Shown in pieces: positions 52,201 through 53,267 of a stretch of DNA of 53,267 nt. The stretch is from Octopus sinensis (Eukaryota), in the NCBI RefSeq assembly GCF_006345805.1, contig NW_021835423.1, positions 1-53,267 of the forward strand, written 5' to 3'. The notes beneath the pieces were generated by a model. The model made no database searches, was not told the origin of the DNA, and saw only the letters and a list, made by a program, of their open reading frames with translations. How positions within the stretch are numbered: the first letter of the stretch is position 1; every line of letters starts with the position of its first letter. The position numbers and the translations under genes were made by a program.

Positions 52201-53267
52201 CTCCTCGCTGTTTTCTCCTTCTCTTTCCCTCTCTCTTGTTTCTTCCCTCTCTCAGTCTTTCATTTCTCTCTCTTTTCCTCTTCCCTCTTTCCTTTCTCGC
52301 TCACTCGCCTTTTTTCCTCTCCTCTCGTTTTCCTTTTATTCTTCTTCCTCTCTCTCACTCTTTCATTTGTCTCTTTTTTCTCTCGTTTCTTTTTCTTTCT
52401 CTTCTCTTTCCTTTCTCGCTCACTCGCTTTTTTCTCTCTGTATCTCTCGTTCTTTTTCTCCCTCTTCTTTTCTCGCTCTCGCCTCTCTCTCTCGCTTTCT
52501 TTCTCCTTCTTTCTCCCTCTCGTTTTCTTTTTGTCCTTCTTCCTCTCTCTCACTCTTTCTCATTTTCTCTATTTCTTTCTTCTTTCATTCTTTCTTTTCT
52601 CTCTCTCTCCTCTTTTTCTTTTACTCGCTCTCATCACATTTTCTCCTCTCTCAGTCTCGTTTCTTTATCTCCTTCTTCCTCTCTCTCACCCTTTCATTTC
52701 TCTCTTTCTTCCTCTCATTTCTTTCTATCTCTCTTTCTTTTCTCGCTCTCTTTCTTTCTCTATCTTTCTTTTCTTTCTTTTCTCTCCTCTTGTTTTTCTT
52801 CTTATCATTCTTCCTCTCTCTCACTCTTTCATTTCTCTCTTTTTTTCTCTAGTTTCTTTCTCTCTCTCTCCTTCTTGTCTCGCTCTCTCCCTTTTTTCTC
52901 CTTCTCTCTCCCTCACGTTTTCTCTATAACCTTCCTCCTCTCTTTCACTCTTTCATTTCTCTCTTTCTTCCTCTCGTTTCTGTTTCTCTCTCTTTCTTTT
53001 CTCGCTCTCGCTTTTTTCCTTCTTTCTCCCTCTCGTTTTCTTTTTATCCTTCTTCCTCTCTCTCACTCTTTCATTTCTCTCTTTCTTCCTCTCGTTACTT
53101 TTTCTCTCTCTTTCTTTTCTCGCTCTCGCTTTTTTTCCTTCTTTCTCGCTCTCGTTTCCTTTTTATCCTTCCTTCTTTCCTTCTCTCTCTCACTCTTTCA
53201 TTTCTCTCTTCTTATCTTCCTCACGTTTCTGTTTCTCCTCTCTCTTTTCTTTTCTTCTCGCTCTCGC
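49270..53267. repeat. At least 4 kb of polypyrimidine (CT-rich) degenerate satellite
   Basis: Almost purine-free on the + strand, with recurring units of about 185 bp and later about 120 bp. Confidence 0.95.

Noticed and set aside
49235-52929. Very long ORFs (up to 1159 aa) rich in F, L and S
   Set aside because: A CT-only satellite cannot form stop codons. The ORFs are open in several frames and have no domain content.

Overview
Eukaryotic, repeat-saturated genomic DNA. The SINE families and microsatellite density suggest an octopus or other coleoid cephalopod; this is an inference. One real protein-coding gene is present, on the minus strand. I assembled 11 candidate exons by hand between 49229 and 17100. 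All have AG/GT boundaries with matching phases, and they total 1317 nt (438 aa plus stop). The 5' end of the gene lies beyond the window. The protein has ankyrin repeats, then a C3HC4 RING, a short linker and a death domain. The linker comes from a roughly 1.3 kb intron-exon-intron module present three times, so the two linker exons are diverged copies of the exon encoding the first half of the death domain. The introns carry a Penelope-type minimal hammerhead ribozyme motif in the sense orientation, a second degenerate hammerhead on the opposite strand, and several long fold-back structures. The rest is transposon debris (R4/Dong inside a TAA array, Tx1, CR1, HERO, RTE, mariner, Tc1, Chapaev-like, many tRNA-derived SINEs) and very large simple-repeat arrays. 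Almost all long ORFs in the supplied track are microsatellite artefacts or transposon fragments. TE family names come from motif recall, not database searches, and most repeat boundaries are approximate.
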